Part shown: in pieces, positions 1-10,715 of the stretch
How positions within the stretch are numbered: the first letter of the stretch is position 1
How the letters are laid out: each line of letters opens with the position of its first letter
From: Catajapyx aquilonaris
Taxonomy: Eukaryota
Length of the DNA: 22,117 nucleotides
Assembly (NCBI GenBank): GCA_000934665.2
Contig: KZ538306.1
Coordinates: 124,001 to 146,117, forward strand
Direction of reading: 5' to 3'
The notes under the pieces: model-generated
Told to the model about the DNA's origin: nothing
Database searches by the model: none
Seen by the model: only the letters and a program-made list of their open reading frames with translations
Position numbers and translations under genes: made by a program

Positions 1-191
1 TTCCCTGCAGTAGGGGTCCTCAAAAATCCACAATTGGTTTTAACAACCGTACAAGTTCGGTTGACGTCAAATCGGCAAACACATCCTAGAACTCAGAGAA
101 AATGAATTATTTCATAGTCTGAAAAATTGTAAAGCCACTTCATGTCCACCTGTCGATGTGAATTGGGCTTTTCATCTAGTGCGGCTATGTT

Positions 192-617
192 ATGCAGACT
201 CAGGAGAACCCAGAGTTTCTCATGCAAATTGTCGAAGTTTTGATTATGAAGTGTTTTAATTGCAGTAATTTCTCTTCCATACTTAGACGCAAGCAAGATG
301 TGTCTAGGATATATGTCATTCCCAACAAGTCGAAGCAAATGAAGGCTGGATGCCGGGAGATGTGTCAGCAGCGGATTGCAACAGTTAGCACACGTCTCAT
401 AAAACCTTCGTCTGTCTCCATGCAGGAGAGGGAAAGCTCATCCGAACTAGAATCACAGACTCAAGATGCATGCTGCACATGTTCAGTGAAGATACTGGCC
501 TTGGAGAAAATAATTGAACAACAACAGGAGCAAATATTGTGTCTAAGACAGAAGTTAGTTGCCTTAGAGGAGGAGCAGACTAAATCACAGGAGTTGTCAC
601 CCGTGGTATTGGAATGA
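192..617 (+). CDS. Probable 3' part of an unidentified gene with a C-terminal coiled-coil; the most secure part is the terminal exon 426-617
   Basis: 141-aa ORF ending in a heptad-like segment (ILALEKIIEQQQEQILCLRQKLVALEEEQ). Acceptor-like ctccatgcag ends at 425 and AATAAA lies ~11 nt after the TGA. Upstream exon structure is unresolved and no family was recognised. Confidence 0.45.
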   Translation: MQTQENPEFLMQIVEVLIMKCFNCSNFSSILRRKQDVSRIYVIPNKSKQMKAGCREMCQQRIATVSTRLIKPSSVSMQERESSSELESQTQDACCTCSVKILALEKIIEQQQEQILCLRQKLVALEEEQTKSQELSPVVLE

Positions 618-1460
618 TTTACGTATAGAATAAAAGATGCGAGACACAACCAAACACTTGTACTAAACCCATCTTTTAAGCACTGAACAACATCTGTCGT
701 AACATTACGAATGCTCCTTGTGTAATAAATTAAAACTTTTGACCATTGTTGGAAGGGGAGAGGGGAATTAGCTTCAGTGAGGGAGTCTCTTAATTCCAGT
801 TTTGAAAATGCTTTAAAATGCTTGTTGAAAAAAATGTATATATTTTTAGTTAGCATGGTTTTGTAAGCAGATAATTACGATTATTTATAAGTTTAAAAAT
901 GCAGCAATGTCCACAATTATTGCTAGTCAATATGTAACAAGGTGTTGGAATGTAGAGAGGGATATACATGAATATTAAAACACATTAGAAATATTATAAC
1001 TTCAATTTATAATTTTACTGATATTGCGCACCAGCGTAGGTCGTCTTTGGTTGTGAAACACAAGTCTTTGGAGTTATAACGTGTACATCTAAATACTGAA
1101 CACACCCATAAAGGACTGACTACGTCTTGTAATATGAGAAGGTTCACTTTACAAAAAGTAAGCTCGACACACTCTTTCATACTGTCGACGACAATATAAA
1201 TCATTTGCGGTGCTGGCCAGTAATGTGGTACATTATTTTCGTATCAAACCGTGGGTGTAAAGGCACAGGGCGACTGCTCGCAGATAATATTTCTTAATCC
1301 ATATAGCTGCACCATAATACACTTTACGTCAATAAGTACCAGACCTTACTTCAAAGGCAACTTTAAACTGCAGTAATATCTGAACCCACCTGCAGAATTA
1401 AAGCTAAAAAGAAAGAAAAAAAAAAAATGCCCAACCTGGATTCCACGGCAGTAGAAATGA

Positions 1461-3966
1461 TTACACAGAAATGCTTCCCTCCCTAAATTTGGTCGAACCA
1501 ATGAGAGCATTAACCATAACACTTTTTCCTGATGCATACTGTTCCCTTGCAGCCTTGAGAGTCTTCTCGATGTCATCTCCACGTCTCAGAAGGAAGCCCT
1601 TTCCTTCAAACGCATCCACAACCTTGTGGTAATCACAATGCTGGAAAATAATTAGAGAAATCAATTAAATAGAAGGATAGGCAGGGTGGGATTTAAAAAA
1701 AACATATCTCACCCCTAAGCGGCATGCAACGTCACTTCCAAAAATGGGGACTTGTTCCCTGGCAATCTGCATCCAAGCGGCATCGTTCCCGACAATGGAC
1801 AACACAGGTGCCTTGTGTCGCAAGTACGTGTCGTACTCCACCACGCTGTACCCGCAGGAGCCATCACCGTACACTATCCACACCTCTGAGTCTGGACGAG
1901 CAGTCTTGGCTCCAAGAGCAAAACCAGCGCCGACACCAAGTGTGCCAAACGCACCCGGATCTAACCACTGGAGAGGACCTCTTGGTCTGGTGGGATAAAA
2001 TATGTCATGGCTGGTGTTCGATACAGCTTAGGATATGAAATAATCAGACATCGCAGAAGCCCTGCACATTAACAAAAATACCTGAGAATGTACGCTGCAG
2101 TCCCGACAAAATCTCCACCGTCCGCAACTAAGATTGCATTGTCCGGTAATTGCTTATCCAACTCAAACAGAATTTTCATTGGGTTTAAATGCTCCTCTGT
2201 CGGCTGCTCTGCCAGCTGAGAATTACAAACACGGGTTAAAACTGAGCTGAATATGTTTTTTAAAAAAAGTAAAAATTGACGAACCTCCTCGTTGTGCTTC
2301 TGCTTCACTTTATCTTGCTCTCGAAGCATTTCAATCCACTCTTGATCCACTTTGAAGTTCATGAGCTGTGCGGACAACTCGGTCAAAAATGTTCCGACAT
2401 CCGCCTGCACTGCCAGGTTCGGAGACCAGAAGATACCTGAGTTCTGGCCAGGAAAGGAATATTTAAGAACAGGAAGATCCTCATGCTGCTTCGATTAGCA
2501 TTGTATATGCAGTCAAATATTGTACATATTATTTATAATAATTACTTTGTAAAGCTGCTCCTTGTTCCTATTGATTGCCACAATCTTCGCCTTCTTGGAT
2601 AGCGATCGTCCATATGACAACCTGAAGTCACACACCGAGCCTGCCAGAATCACCAAATCGGCTTCCTTCAAGGCCAACTTCCGCTGATGAAAAATCTGTA
2701 TTGGACTTGCGGCGCCGAGTAGTCCGCGACTCATCCCACCAAGGAAGGTTGGAAGGCCCAGAGACGATACTGAGCGCTTGATTGTATCGACAGGAACAGG
2801 CGGCAGGACTGCTTGGCTACCCAACACTAGTATGGGCTTTCGGGCTTGAGACAACATCTCGGCACACTTCTGAACTGAAATGTTACAGTACACAACAGTT
2901 GGTACGAGACGCAACATTTTATGAGACTTACCAGTGTCAGTCGGTGGCATTGGAATATTCAGTGGATACGGGTTGATAATCTGCTCTTCCCAGGCACCGG
3001 CAAACACATTGTCACAATAATTTTGGAGGTACCTAGAAAAATAATTTATACATCTTAATTAACGCCAGAATCGATGCAAAATGAGCTGTTAATGTGTTCG
3101 TACTGACCAGTGGATCAATTTAGATCTTAGGCTGCCCTTATTAGGCGGGACTTCCTTTTGCAGCATTTCGTATGGGTAGAGGATATCAACAGGCAACTCC
3201 AGGAAAACGGGTCCTGAAAAATGTGGTCTTGTTACGCACACGTCGAATCGTACACGATTGTGTTAATACCCGGTGTTCCCGACTGGGCAACGTGCATCAG
3301 TTTGAGCACAGTAGGCACAATGTCGCGTATGCAGGTGACAGTCGCACACTCCTTGCAGAGCGACCGAAAGAGAGACATCTGGTCTATGTCCTGCAGGGCG
3401 CCACGTCCTTTCAGTATGTTCGGTGCGGCTCCACCTAAACAATACCATTTTTCAGCAATTACTGGTACTTTTCTCCATAGGTACACCCACCAATGATTAA
3501 AACAGGTGATTCAGCCATCTGTGCATTTTTAACAGCCGTTATTGTGTTGGTAAGACCTGGACCAGCTGTAACGGCAGCCACTCCCACACCACCAGACAAC
3601 CTTGCAACCGCATCTGCAGCAAATACAGCAGTTACCTGCAAAAACAATGAGCATTTATCCAAACATGCAAATTACACGCAATTACTTTTAGGTACGAGCC
3701 AAACCTCATGCCTCGTGTCGATCACTTTGATCCCGATCTTCTCCGCAGCAACCAAAATTGGCGATATGTGACCTCCGACTAGGGTAAAGATGTACTTAAC
3801 TCCATGTACTTTTAGAGCCTCCGCAACAATCTCGCCTCCGTGCCTCTTGGACGTTCTGTCCGGCTGTAAAATCATAACAAGAAGCGCCATTAGTGCGATG
3901 TCATCACTGACATATACGCTAATAATTTACATGCGAATATAATATGCGATGTACAAAAATACACAT
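1461..3966 (-). CDS. ILVBL: 2-hydroxyacyl-CoA lyase 2 / acetolactate-synthase-like TPP-dependent enzyme, 11 coding exons
   Basis: Exons 3966-3931, 3863-3705, 3635-3491, 3434-3270, 3213-3108, 3032-2932, 2874-2546, 2443-2285, 2215-2082, 1986-1713 and 1640-1461. All 10 introns are GT-AG and phase-compatible. Motifs: [78 protein letters not shown]-binding GDG...GND, C-terminal FREGSISV. Exon 1 and the start codon are the least certain part. Confidence 0.95.
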
Positions 3967-4808
3967 CCGGCTGCGTAATCCAAGCCGAGAACAAATCTAT
4001 GAATTAAACCCAGCCGGTTTGTGGGAATGAGATCGTACTCATGCAATCGGCCCATTAAGAGTGAGGTAGTGCTAGAGTAAAACAGCTTTTCAACACCTGT
4101 CGTCCTTGACCTGTTTTTTTTTCTTCCTCCCCACAATATTGCATTAGTACCTGCCCTCATTTTTCAGCACCCACGAGCGTGTGCATCGGTGCAAGTAATT
4201 CCTGTCACGTACCGATACAACAAGTTTTTATGCATCCAATACTGGCCGCAAAGCCTGTTTTGAGCAGGAAGGAAGCGGCAGTTGGTCAGTGCACCGCTTT
4301 ACTCGGCTGCTCGGCTTTAACAGCTAGACAGCAATTTTGTCTGTTGTCATCGTAACGTTGCTGACATTGTCGCTGTAGGCCTACTGATACGTGTAATGAC
4401 ACCGCGACTGACAGGTTTTCGGCAGTGTACTTCACGTAGCAATGCTCATTACCCGGTGCTGGTCTTGCCGTATACCCACCGTACTCTACGTCCTGTGTGA
4501 TGGAATAATAGACCAGACCTTGTGCATGTAGATGTACAGAATGTTGAACCAGGAGGCGAGCACTCCGAGTCCTATTCCTAGGAGAAGGGTGGTCCAGAAC
4601 ATGAGGAGGGCCACTCTGTCCGACAGGTCATCGCCACCCATCTTCTTCGGTTATTATATTATTGTCTTGTTGTGTGCTGTGCTCCAGTTATTGTGCTCTG
4701 TACCGGCGGGGCTATACTGGCGTACTGCGACCGATGGTATATACCGACAGATCCGGCCTTGAGAAATGTGCGAACTACTACAGGTGGCCGGAATAGTGGC
4801 CTTCAAGT

Positions 4809-4896
4809 GACGTCGTTGCACAGAGGGGTTACACGGTACAAAAATATGCCCGTCTTCACATTTTTGTACCGTATAACCCCTCGGGGAATCGACGTC
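4809..4896. other. 88-nt hairpin (40-nt arms, 8-nt loop); pre-miRNA-like or a minimal palindromic element
   Basis: 4809-4848 matches the reverse complement of 4857-4896 at 34/40 positions without gaps. Confidence 0.8.
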
Positions 4897-4948
4897 GTGT
4901 ACATATAATACAGTGGAAGGCCCTCTCACTTGAAAAACATGTGGACGC

Positions 4949-5019
4949 GTTGGCAACCCTGATTGGGCACGTGACAGAAATCGACCAATGATGAGGTTGT
5001 TGGCAACAGTGGTGCCAAC
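4949..5019. promoter_or_regulatory. Promoter-like motif cluster
   Basis: Within 70 bp: GTTGGCAAC twice (4949, 4999), ATTGG (4962) and CCAAT (4985) boxes, E-box CACGTG (4968) and GTGCCAAC (5012). It lies upstream of ILVBL. Confidence 0.4.
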
Positions 5020-5045
5020 AGTCTGTACATATATAGTTAAAGAAG

Positions 5046-5962
5046 TTATTTGAACTACGTTGCTTATTATTAAGCTGCTAGATGTTACGGCTGCTTTATT
5101 TAATAAGTTGTTATAAGCAGCTTAATAATATCTGAGTATATAAGCAGCTTAGTTTAAAAATTGCTAACTATACAGACTGAGATGCAACGCTCTTATTGGC
5201 ACTGTTAACCACTAAAGTAGCTGCTTACCATTAAGCTGCTTATAGGCATTGAATAAACAGTTTTATCAAGCAGCTTAATAATAAGCAACTATTTTAAATG
5301 GCTAACTAAAATAACTGCTTACGCTGCTTATATCAACTTATAAAAAATAAACAGTTTATCAAGCAGCTTAAGAATAAGCAACTATTTTAAATGGCTAACT
5401 AAAATAACTGCTTACTATTAAGCAGCTTATATCGGCTTATTAAATAAACCGCTTTATCAAGCAGCTTATAATGTTATAAGCTGCTTGATTGAAAGCGGTT
5501 TATTTAATAAGTCGATATAAGCAGCGTAAATGTACGCAGCTATTTTAGTTAGCTATTTAAAATAGTTGCTTATTATTTAATAAGCAACTATTTTAAATAG
5601 CTAACTAAAATAATAAGCAACTATTTTAAATAGCTAACTAAAATAATAAGCAACTTTTTTAAATAGCTAACTAAAATAATAAGCAACTTTTTTAAATAGC
5701 TAACTAAAATAGCTGCGTACATTTACGCTGCTTATATCGACGTATTAAATAAACCGTTTCATCAAGCAGCTTGATAATAAGCAGCTATTTTAGTGGTTAA
5801 CAGTGTCAATAAGAACGACGTTGCATCTCAGTGTGTATAGTTAGCAATTTTTGAACTAAGCTGCTTAGATACTCATCAGATATTATTAAGCTGCTTATAA
5901 CGACTTATTAAATAAAGCAGTTTTATCAAGAAGCTTGATAGCAAGCAGCTTAGTTCAAATAA
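5046..5962. mobile_element. Foldback-like non-autonomous element with long inverted arms built from modular subrepeats
   Basis: TTATTTGAACTA (5046-5057) pairs with TAGTTCAAATAA (5951-5962). ~5046-5240 is an imperfect reverse complement of ~5762-5962. Inner hairpins are centred near 5472 and 5576. AAGCAGCTT/AAGCTGCTT recurs throughout. No ORF and no clear target-site duplication. Confidence 0.75.
5579..5710 (+). repeat. Tandem repeat, 4 x 33 bp (AATAAGCAACT[A/T]TTTTAAATAGCTAACTAAAAT)
   Basis: Units at 5579, 5612, 5645 and 5678. Dispersed copies at ~5280 and ~5373, and an inverted copy at ~5542-5574. Confidence 0.95.
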
Positions 5963-6982
5963 TAAAATGAAAATCCAAATCAATAATAGCGTTCGATAAT
6001 ATAAGCAGCAGGTGCCGTGGTAATCCGCGTGGTAATCAGGATTAGCTACTATGTCTGAACTAATAATATAAATTGTTTCCCACTTTAATTATTGCAAATG
6101 CCTGACCCTTTTATACAGTCAAAAATTAAGTAAAATAAATTTTCGTACTGATTTTATGCTATAATTATTTATTTGAGATTGATATAAGAGTTGATGCAAC
6201 CACATCAGGCGTATAACGATGCCTGATAAGAAGCGAGGACGATAGATGGTGATTGAGTGTAGGCAGCAGTATGGTTTTTGTAATAATTAGCTTGAAATTT
6301 CCACTGTTCTTTTTGCGGCGGCATAAGTAGCCTATACTCTTCGGTTTAGCAATAAGTCGTCCTTCAGGAAACATGCTACAAAAAAGACTCTCTGCTGATG
6401 AGATACATGCGCAAAAATACTGCACTGAACTGTGCATGAACATATATGGTGAGATTATTTTATTTAGTGTATTTTTTAAAATATTATTGACAAAATAATA
6501 ATGTAAGCAGTGGTCGTTGCTAGGCATCCGCGCATATGTGACAGGAGTACTTGAGAGAGCACAGAGAGAAAATTAGTTGTATTTTTTTTCTGAATCAAGA
6601 TCAAGTCACAGTGAGACGTCGCAAGTAATGTAATGTAAGTAATGTTTGCTTTATAATAACACAAACAATCCGCCAGAATATTTGGCAAAAACCCCATTGC
6701 CATTGTGCAGTTGAATCTAAGCCAAAATCGTGTACGTCAAGATCCCATAGATGCAGGTATTCCCCCGGAAGCTGTGTGCGTAATAACCGAGAGTGTGAAA
6801 AGAGTGTTTGCAATACTCGGGGTTTTGCAGGTGTATTTTGAGGGATGCTTTATCTTGGCAGGTGGTCAGCAGACACTTGGATCAGTATTGAACACGTATA
6901 TTATTGAAATTTCCTCCACGTAAAACATTTTTCAATGAAGCAGCCTTGTCTATCATAATTATATTCATGCAGGGAATAGCGC

Positions 6983-7036
6983 TGACGTCACAAGTCTGCA
7001 ATAATTGTTAGATTCATTGTGCCCATTGTGACGTCA
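6983..7036. promoter_or_regulatory. Pair of perfect CRE palindromes (TGACGTCA)
   Basis: TGACGTCA at 6983-6990 and 7029-7036, about 200-300 bp upstream of the putative spliced + strand transcript. Confidence 0.4.
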
Positions 7037-7250
7037 GTACAATAATTTATTATTATGGTCGATATGGTTAATTTGTGCTCATACAATCGGCCCATGAAAT
7101 GGCCCATAAGCACATGACACATTAAAATTTATCTAGAGTTCCGTATCTAGTCCCGGGTTAAGTAGAGATTACTGGTGTCCGTCACAGTTCAAGTGATGGT
7201 CAAGGGTATGGGGGTGTGACCATAGCAAAGAAGGAAGAAGAGGGGGGGGG

Positions 7251-7944
7251 ATGAACATACAGAGCTATATGATACAAGTCATCATATGTTCACATGTGCG
7301 TCGGCTCTCGATAATATATATGACGCTTGATGTTCTGGTGGTGCGTGACTCAATCCAGTCTGTTCCAGGTGGGCTTAAACTTTCGAAACTTGATGTATAT
7401 ACAGTGGTCATTTATTTCACAGGCGTCACTTTCGGACTCGGCCCTGACCTGACAGGACAGCACACTCGGTATTGTCTTTCTTCGACTGTGTGAGGGCCAT
7501 ACCAGTGTACGGCGCATTGCAAGATGGACTTTGCACAGATGAGGATATCGGCCTGGATTGAACCAGGTTAGTACACACAATAAATTATTAATTGTGCAGA
7601 ATATTATTTTTTGCCAGCGTATAGGCAGTGTTAATTAGTGTAAAATTAATTAGGAGTTAACCGTAAATATATGGAGTAAACATGACCTTTCCCCCCCTAC
7701 AGTATTTGGACTGTGGACTTGAGCTGTCTCGCATATATGTTAACAAAATATTATGATGCCCTGACTTTCTCACTTGGGAAACAACCCTGCTTTTTAAACT
7801 GATAAGAAATAGCATTTTTAATTAGGCTGCTCATTAATGCAATGGGCCCGTGAGAATCTCGGCTCTGATGAGCGATTGATAACAAGGTTTGAATCACTTG
7901 TGAAATATTACACTCAGAAGCTGCATGCTCTGCCCACATGTTGA
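7251..7944 (+). other. Putative spliced transcript: a small 53-aa ORF or the 5' exons of the F-box gene
   Basis: Candidate intron 7369-7422 (54 bp, CAG|GTGGGC...TATTTCACAG), exon 7423-7566, donor CAG|GTTAGT. ATG 7524 joined in phase 1 to 7826-7944 gives MDFAQMRISAWIEPGCSLMQWARENLGSDERLITRFESLVKYYTQKLHALPTC. Confidence 0.3.
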
Positions 7945-8901
7945 ACTTCGAAGTCACGCGCGGTGCACCATCTATACTAACGGTTTTTTGCCACCATTTA
8001 ATTTTTATTGCAATATTATCAGTGCATTTGGAGGAATTAATAATTATTATTGACACTGGATTTGGGATTTTACTGTTTAGTACACAAAAAGGAGCAAGCA
8101 AACACACTGCACAGAATCTCCAATTATCAGCAAGGCACTACAGTAAACAAGCTCAGGAGCTTGAGACTTTATTACGTAAAATTATATTTACTGTGAATTA
8201 CATTTTTAAACCCTTTAAATTTTTACGAAATTTTAAATTACATTTAAAAATTACATACACTTCTTTTGTTCTCTCAAAGTACTAATAACAAGGATCAAAC
8301 TTATTTGTACTTTCGTGTTCGGGTCAACAACCGCATATAATATTATGTAAACCAGTTTAATATATTTTATACGTATTACAATGTGATCTTTTGGCTTATA
8401 ATGTCATCTGCAATGGTAACAACCGACCCTGAGCCTTCTCACACAAATCCGGGGACATAAATTAATCTTGTTTACTGCCGACTTGTGCTTGGTTACATAA
8501 CTGGATGGGAAGTCCAGGGGCACTGCATATGTGACGACACATCATGCAGGAAATATTATGTGCAATAGTATGTACTAGTAGCGGGGACTAGTTGTCCAAT
8601 TTTAGCAACACTGCTTGGCCCACCCCTCCAACTTGGACGTAGTACGATAGGCCCCTACCAGTTGGCGCACAGGCTGGCCCTCTGCGCACGTTGGTGATGA
8701 GTCACCGCGTGGACAAAGCCCACCAAGGTGTGTCCCACCCTCTCTGACCGCTCTATGTCCTCTAATTGTTGAAGGGTGAAGGTGAAATGTCTGGTAACTT
8801 CCACCTGTAGGCAATGAGTCAACACTGACATACAAGCAGACGGAGAGAATAAGGGGATTAGTAGTATGATAATGATAATGAGAGAAAAATCCTTCCTCCA
8901 G

Positions 8902-10096
8902 GAGAGGAGGAGCCTCCAGGGGTCAACTACTTCTCCAGACTCCCAGTGGAGATGAAGCTGCTGATTTTCTCGTACCTGAGTCCGTACGACCTGGTGTTCC
9001 GGGCACAGAGAGTGTGCAAGGAGTGGGAGAGTCTGACCTGGTACGTCCGACTGACCCCTTGGGACAAGTACCACCTGTGCGGGGCTCGCGAGGAGACCGG
9101 CATCACCTGGGAGTCTGTGACCCAGCTGGTCCAGAGGTCACCCGGCCTGAAGGAGCTCCTTCTGATGCGGTTCTCCCGAGGAGGCGACCGGATCCTGGAG
9201 ACCCTCGCGCACACCACGGACCAGCTGGAGGACCTGTACCTGGACAGGGTGACCATCAGCCAAGAGTCGGTTGACCTCCTGGCTCGAAGCTGCCCCAATC
9301 TGAAGAGGGTCACCCTGAAGGCCTGCCACACCACTTGCAACCTTTTGGACCTGACCGCCATCAGCCAGTGCCCGCTTCTGGAGGTCATGGTCATCGACGA
9401 CCCCTACCATAACCTGCGTCTTCCCGAAGAGTGGTCCGGACAGGTGAAGCAACTGGATGTTGCCGGGATGTTCATCGCGGACTGGGACATAAAGAACATG
9501 TTCAGGAGCAAGCTGGGAGAGTCGTTGAGGACAGTGAGACTCAACTTGTCGTGCGTGACGTGCGGGTTCACCTCTCTGTTGAGCATGTTTCGTCTGGAGA
9601 GCCTGGACATTGTCAACTGTCACCACCAGCTGACGGACGAGGCAAGTGCTTGGCCACCATTCGGAAGATCTTTATACATTCCAACATTGTCTAATTTTCT
9701 TCTTCATTTGGACCATAGGGTCTCCTCCAGTTTCCGGGATGGATTTTGTTGAACCTGCGCCAGCTTCGACTGTATCTGACCGACACTAAGGTGACCTCCA
9801 AGGGGATGAGGCGATTCCTGACCAGCATCTGGCAGTTCATGCCCAGACTGGAGTGGCTTGACCTGTCTTGGTCTCCGATTGACAAGAAGGGACTTAAGGC
9901 ATTGGGAAAGACCTACCCGATGCTGAGGCATCTGACCTTGCGTCATTGCCCCAAGTTGGCCCCAAGGATGCTGAGGAAGTACTTGAAAGGTGCGACCAAC
10001 CTGGAGGTACTGGAGGTCATAGGAGTTCCTGGGGTCACCAAGAAGGTCGCTACGGAACTGGAGGAGCTCAGTCCCGGAGTGAAGGTCCGGTTCTGA
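8902..10096 (+). CDS. F-box/leucine-rich-repeat (FBXL-type) protein; first coding exon uncertain (candidate 8697-8727, MSHRVDKAHQ)
   Basis: Exon 8902-9641 has an F-box (FSRLPVEMKLLIFSYLSPYDLVFRAQRVCKEWESL) and cysteine-containing LRRs (SPGLKELLL, CPNLKRVTLKAC, CPLLEVMVI). A GC-AG intron at 9642-9718 joins it to exon 9719-10096 with more LRRs (MPRLEWLDLSWS, YPMLRHLTLRHCPKL). Confidence 0.88.
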
Positions 10097-10253
10097 CCCA
10101 GGGTTGTTGTTTTTTTGTGTCATTTTTGTACATACCCATATGTCCAGTAAACATCGTTATCATCATAAAACATATTTATTGGAGAAAAATCAGTCGAATG
10201 GATAACTGTGCAACAAGCAACTAAGCACCAAATGTGATTGGTAAATCTCTATA

Positions 10254-10715
10254 CTACTTTTTTTCGTGGCCGATCCAGCCTCCGGGTTTGCATGTCCTGT
10301 GTCTGAGGCAGGTGTCGTAACAGCATTTGTCCGGTCCTGGACAGTCTGCGTCGTTACCGCATGGTTGAGGGTCGTACTGGGGCCAAAATGGCATGCAAAA
10401 CGGTTGCACAGGTGGACACAAACCCATTTTCCATCCTGAGGGAGACAAAAGTATAGTATTCTCATTTTTTGGGGGGGACCAAACAATGAGAATGTATTTA
10501 CCTGAGTCATTACTTGATGACCCTTGGGTTGTTGTTTCTGGAGCACTTGTGGTGGTGGCAGGGGTTGGTTCAGCACCGCAGCAGAAATACTGTCCAGCAG
10601 GAGTCACACACCAGTACATGCAATCGTCTCCAAGTGTCCCATCTGGCAATCCGGACACCACCAGGACTATTGCAGCAGCAAATGTCCAAAATTTTGGCCA
10701 GCTGTCGTCTGCCAT
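10254..10715 (-). CDS. Crustin-like secreted WAP (four-disulphide core) peptide, 2 coding exons
   Basis: Exons 10715-10502 and 10435-10254, with a 66-bp GT-AG intron. Signal peptide, then the crustin Cys-rich motif CMYWCVTPAGQYFCC, a Thr/Ser-rich linker, and an 8-Cys WAP domain KMGLCPPVQPFC...PCGNDADCPGPDKCCYDTCLRHRTCK. Confidence 0.88.
   Translation of the reverse strand: MADDSWPKFWTFAAAIVLVVSGLPDGTLGDDCMYWCVTPAGQYFCCGAEPTPATTTSAPETTTQGSSSNDSGKYILIVWSPPKNENTILLSPSGWKMGLCPPVQPFCMPFWPQYDPQPCGNDADCPGPDKCCYDTCLRHRTCKPGGWIGHEKK

Noticed and set aside
5579..5710. 33-bp repeats as a CRISPR array
   Set aside because: The units are head-to-tail with no unique spacers, there are no cas genes, and the context is eukaryotic.
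6165..6923. Several 70-120-aa ORFs between the foldback element and the CRE pair
   Set aside because: No recognisable domain, consistent splice structure or codon bias.
7860..7910. Hammerhead-like CTGATGA...GAAA (also GTGATGAGTC...GGACAAAG near 8695)
   Set aside because: Stem III and the NUH cleavage triplet cannot be formed, and core nucleotides are missing.
7751..8107. hAT transposase-like VSIDGAP motif in a minus-strand ORF
   Set aside because: Only a few residues resemble the TDGA motif. The CxxH motif and other conserved blocks are absent.
9642..9752. Frameshift or pseudogene interpretation of the F-box gene
   Set aside because: Fully explained by a GC-AG intron that restores the LRR consensus.
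8655..10123. Minus-strand and alternative-frame ORFs over the F-box gene
   Set aside because: Shadow ORFs explained by codon bias.
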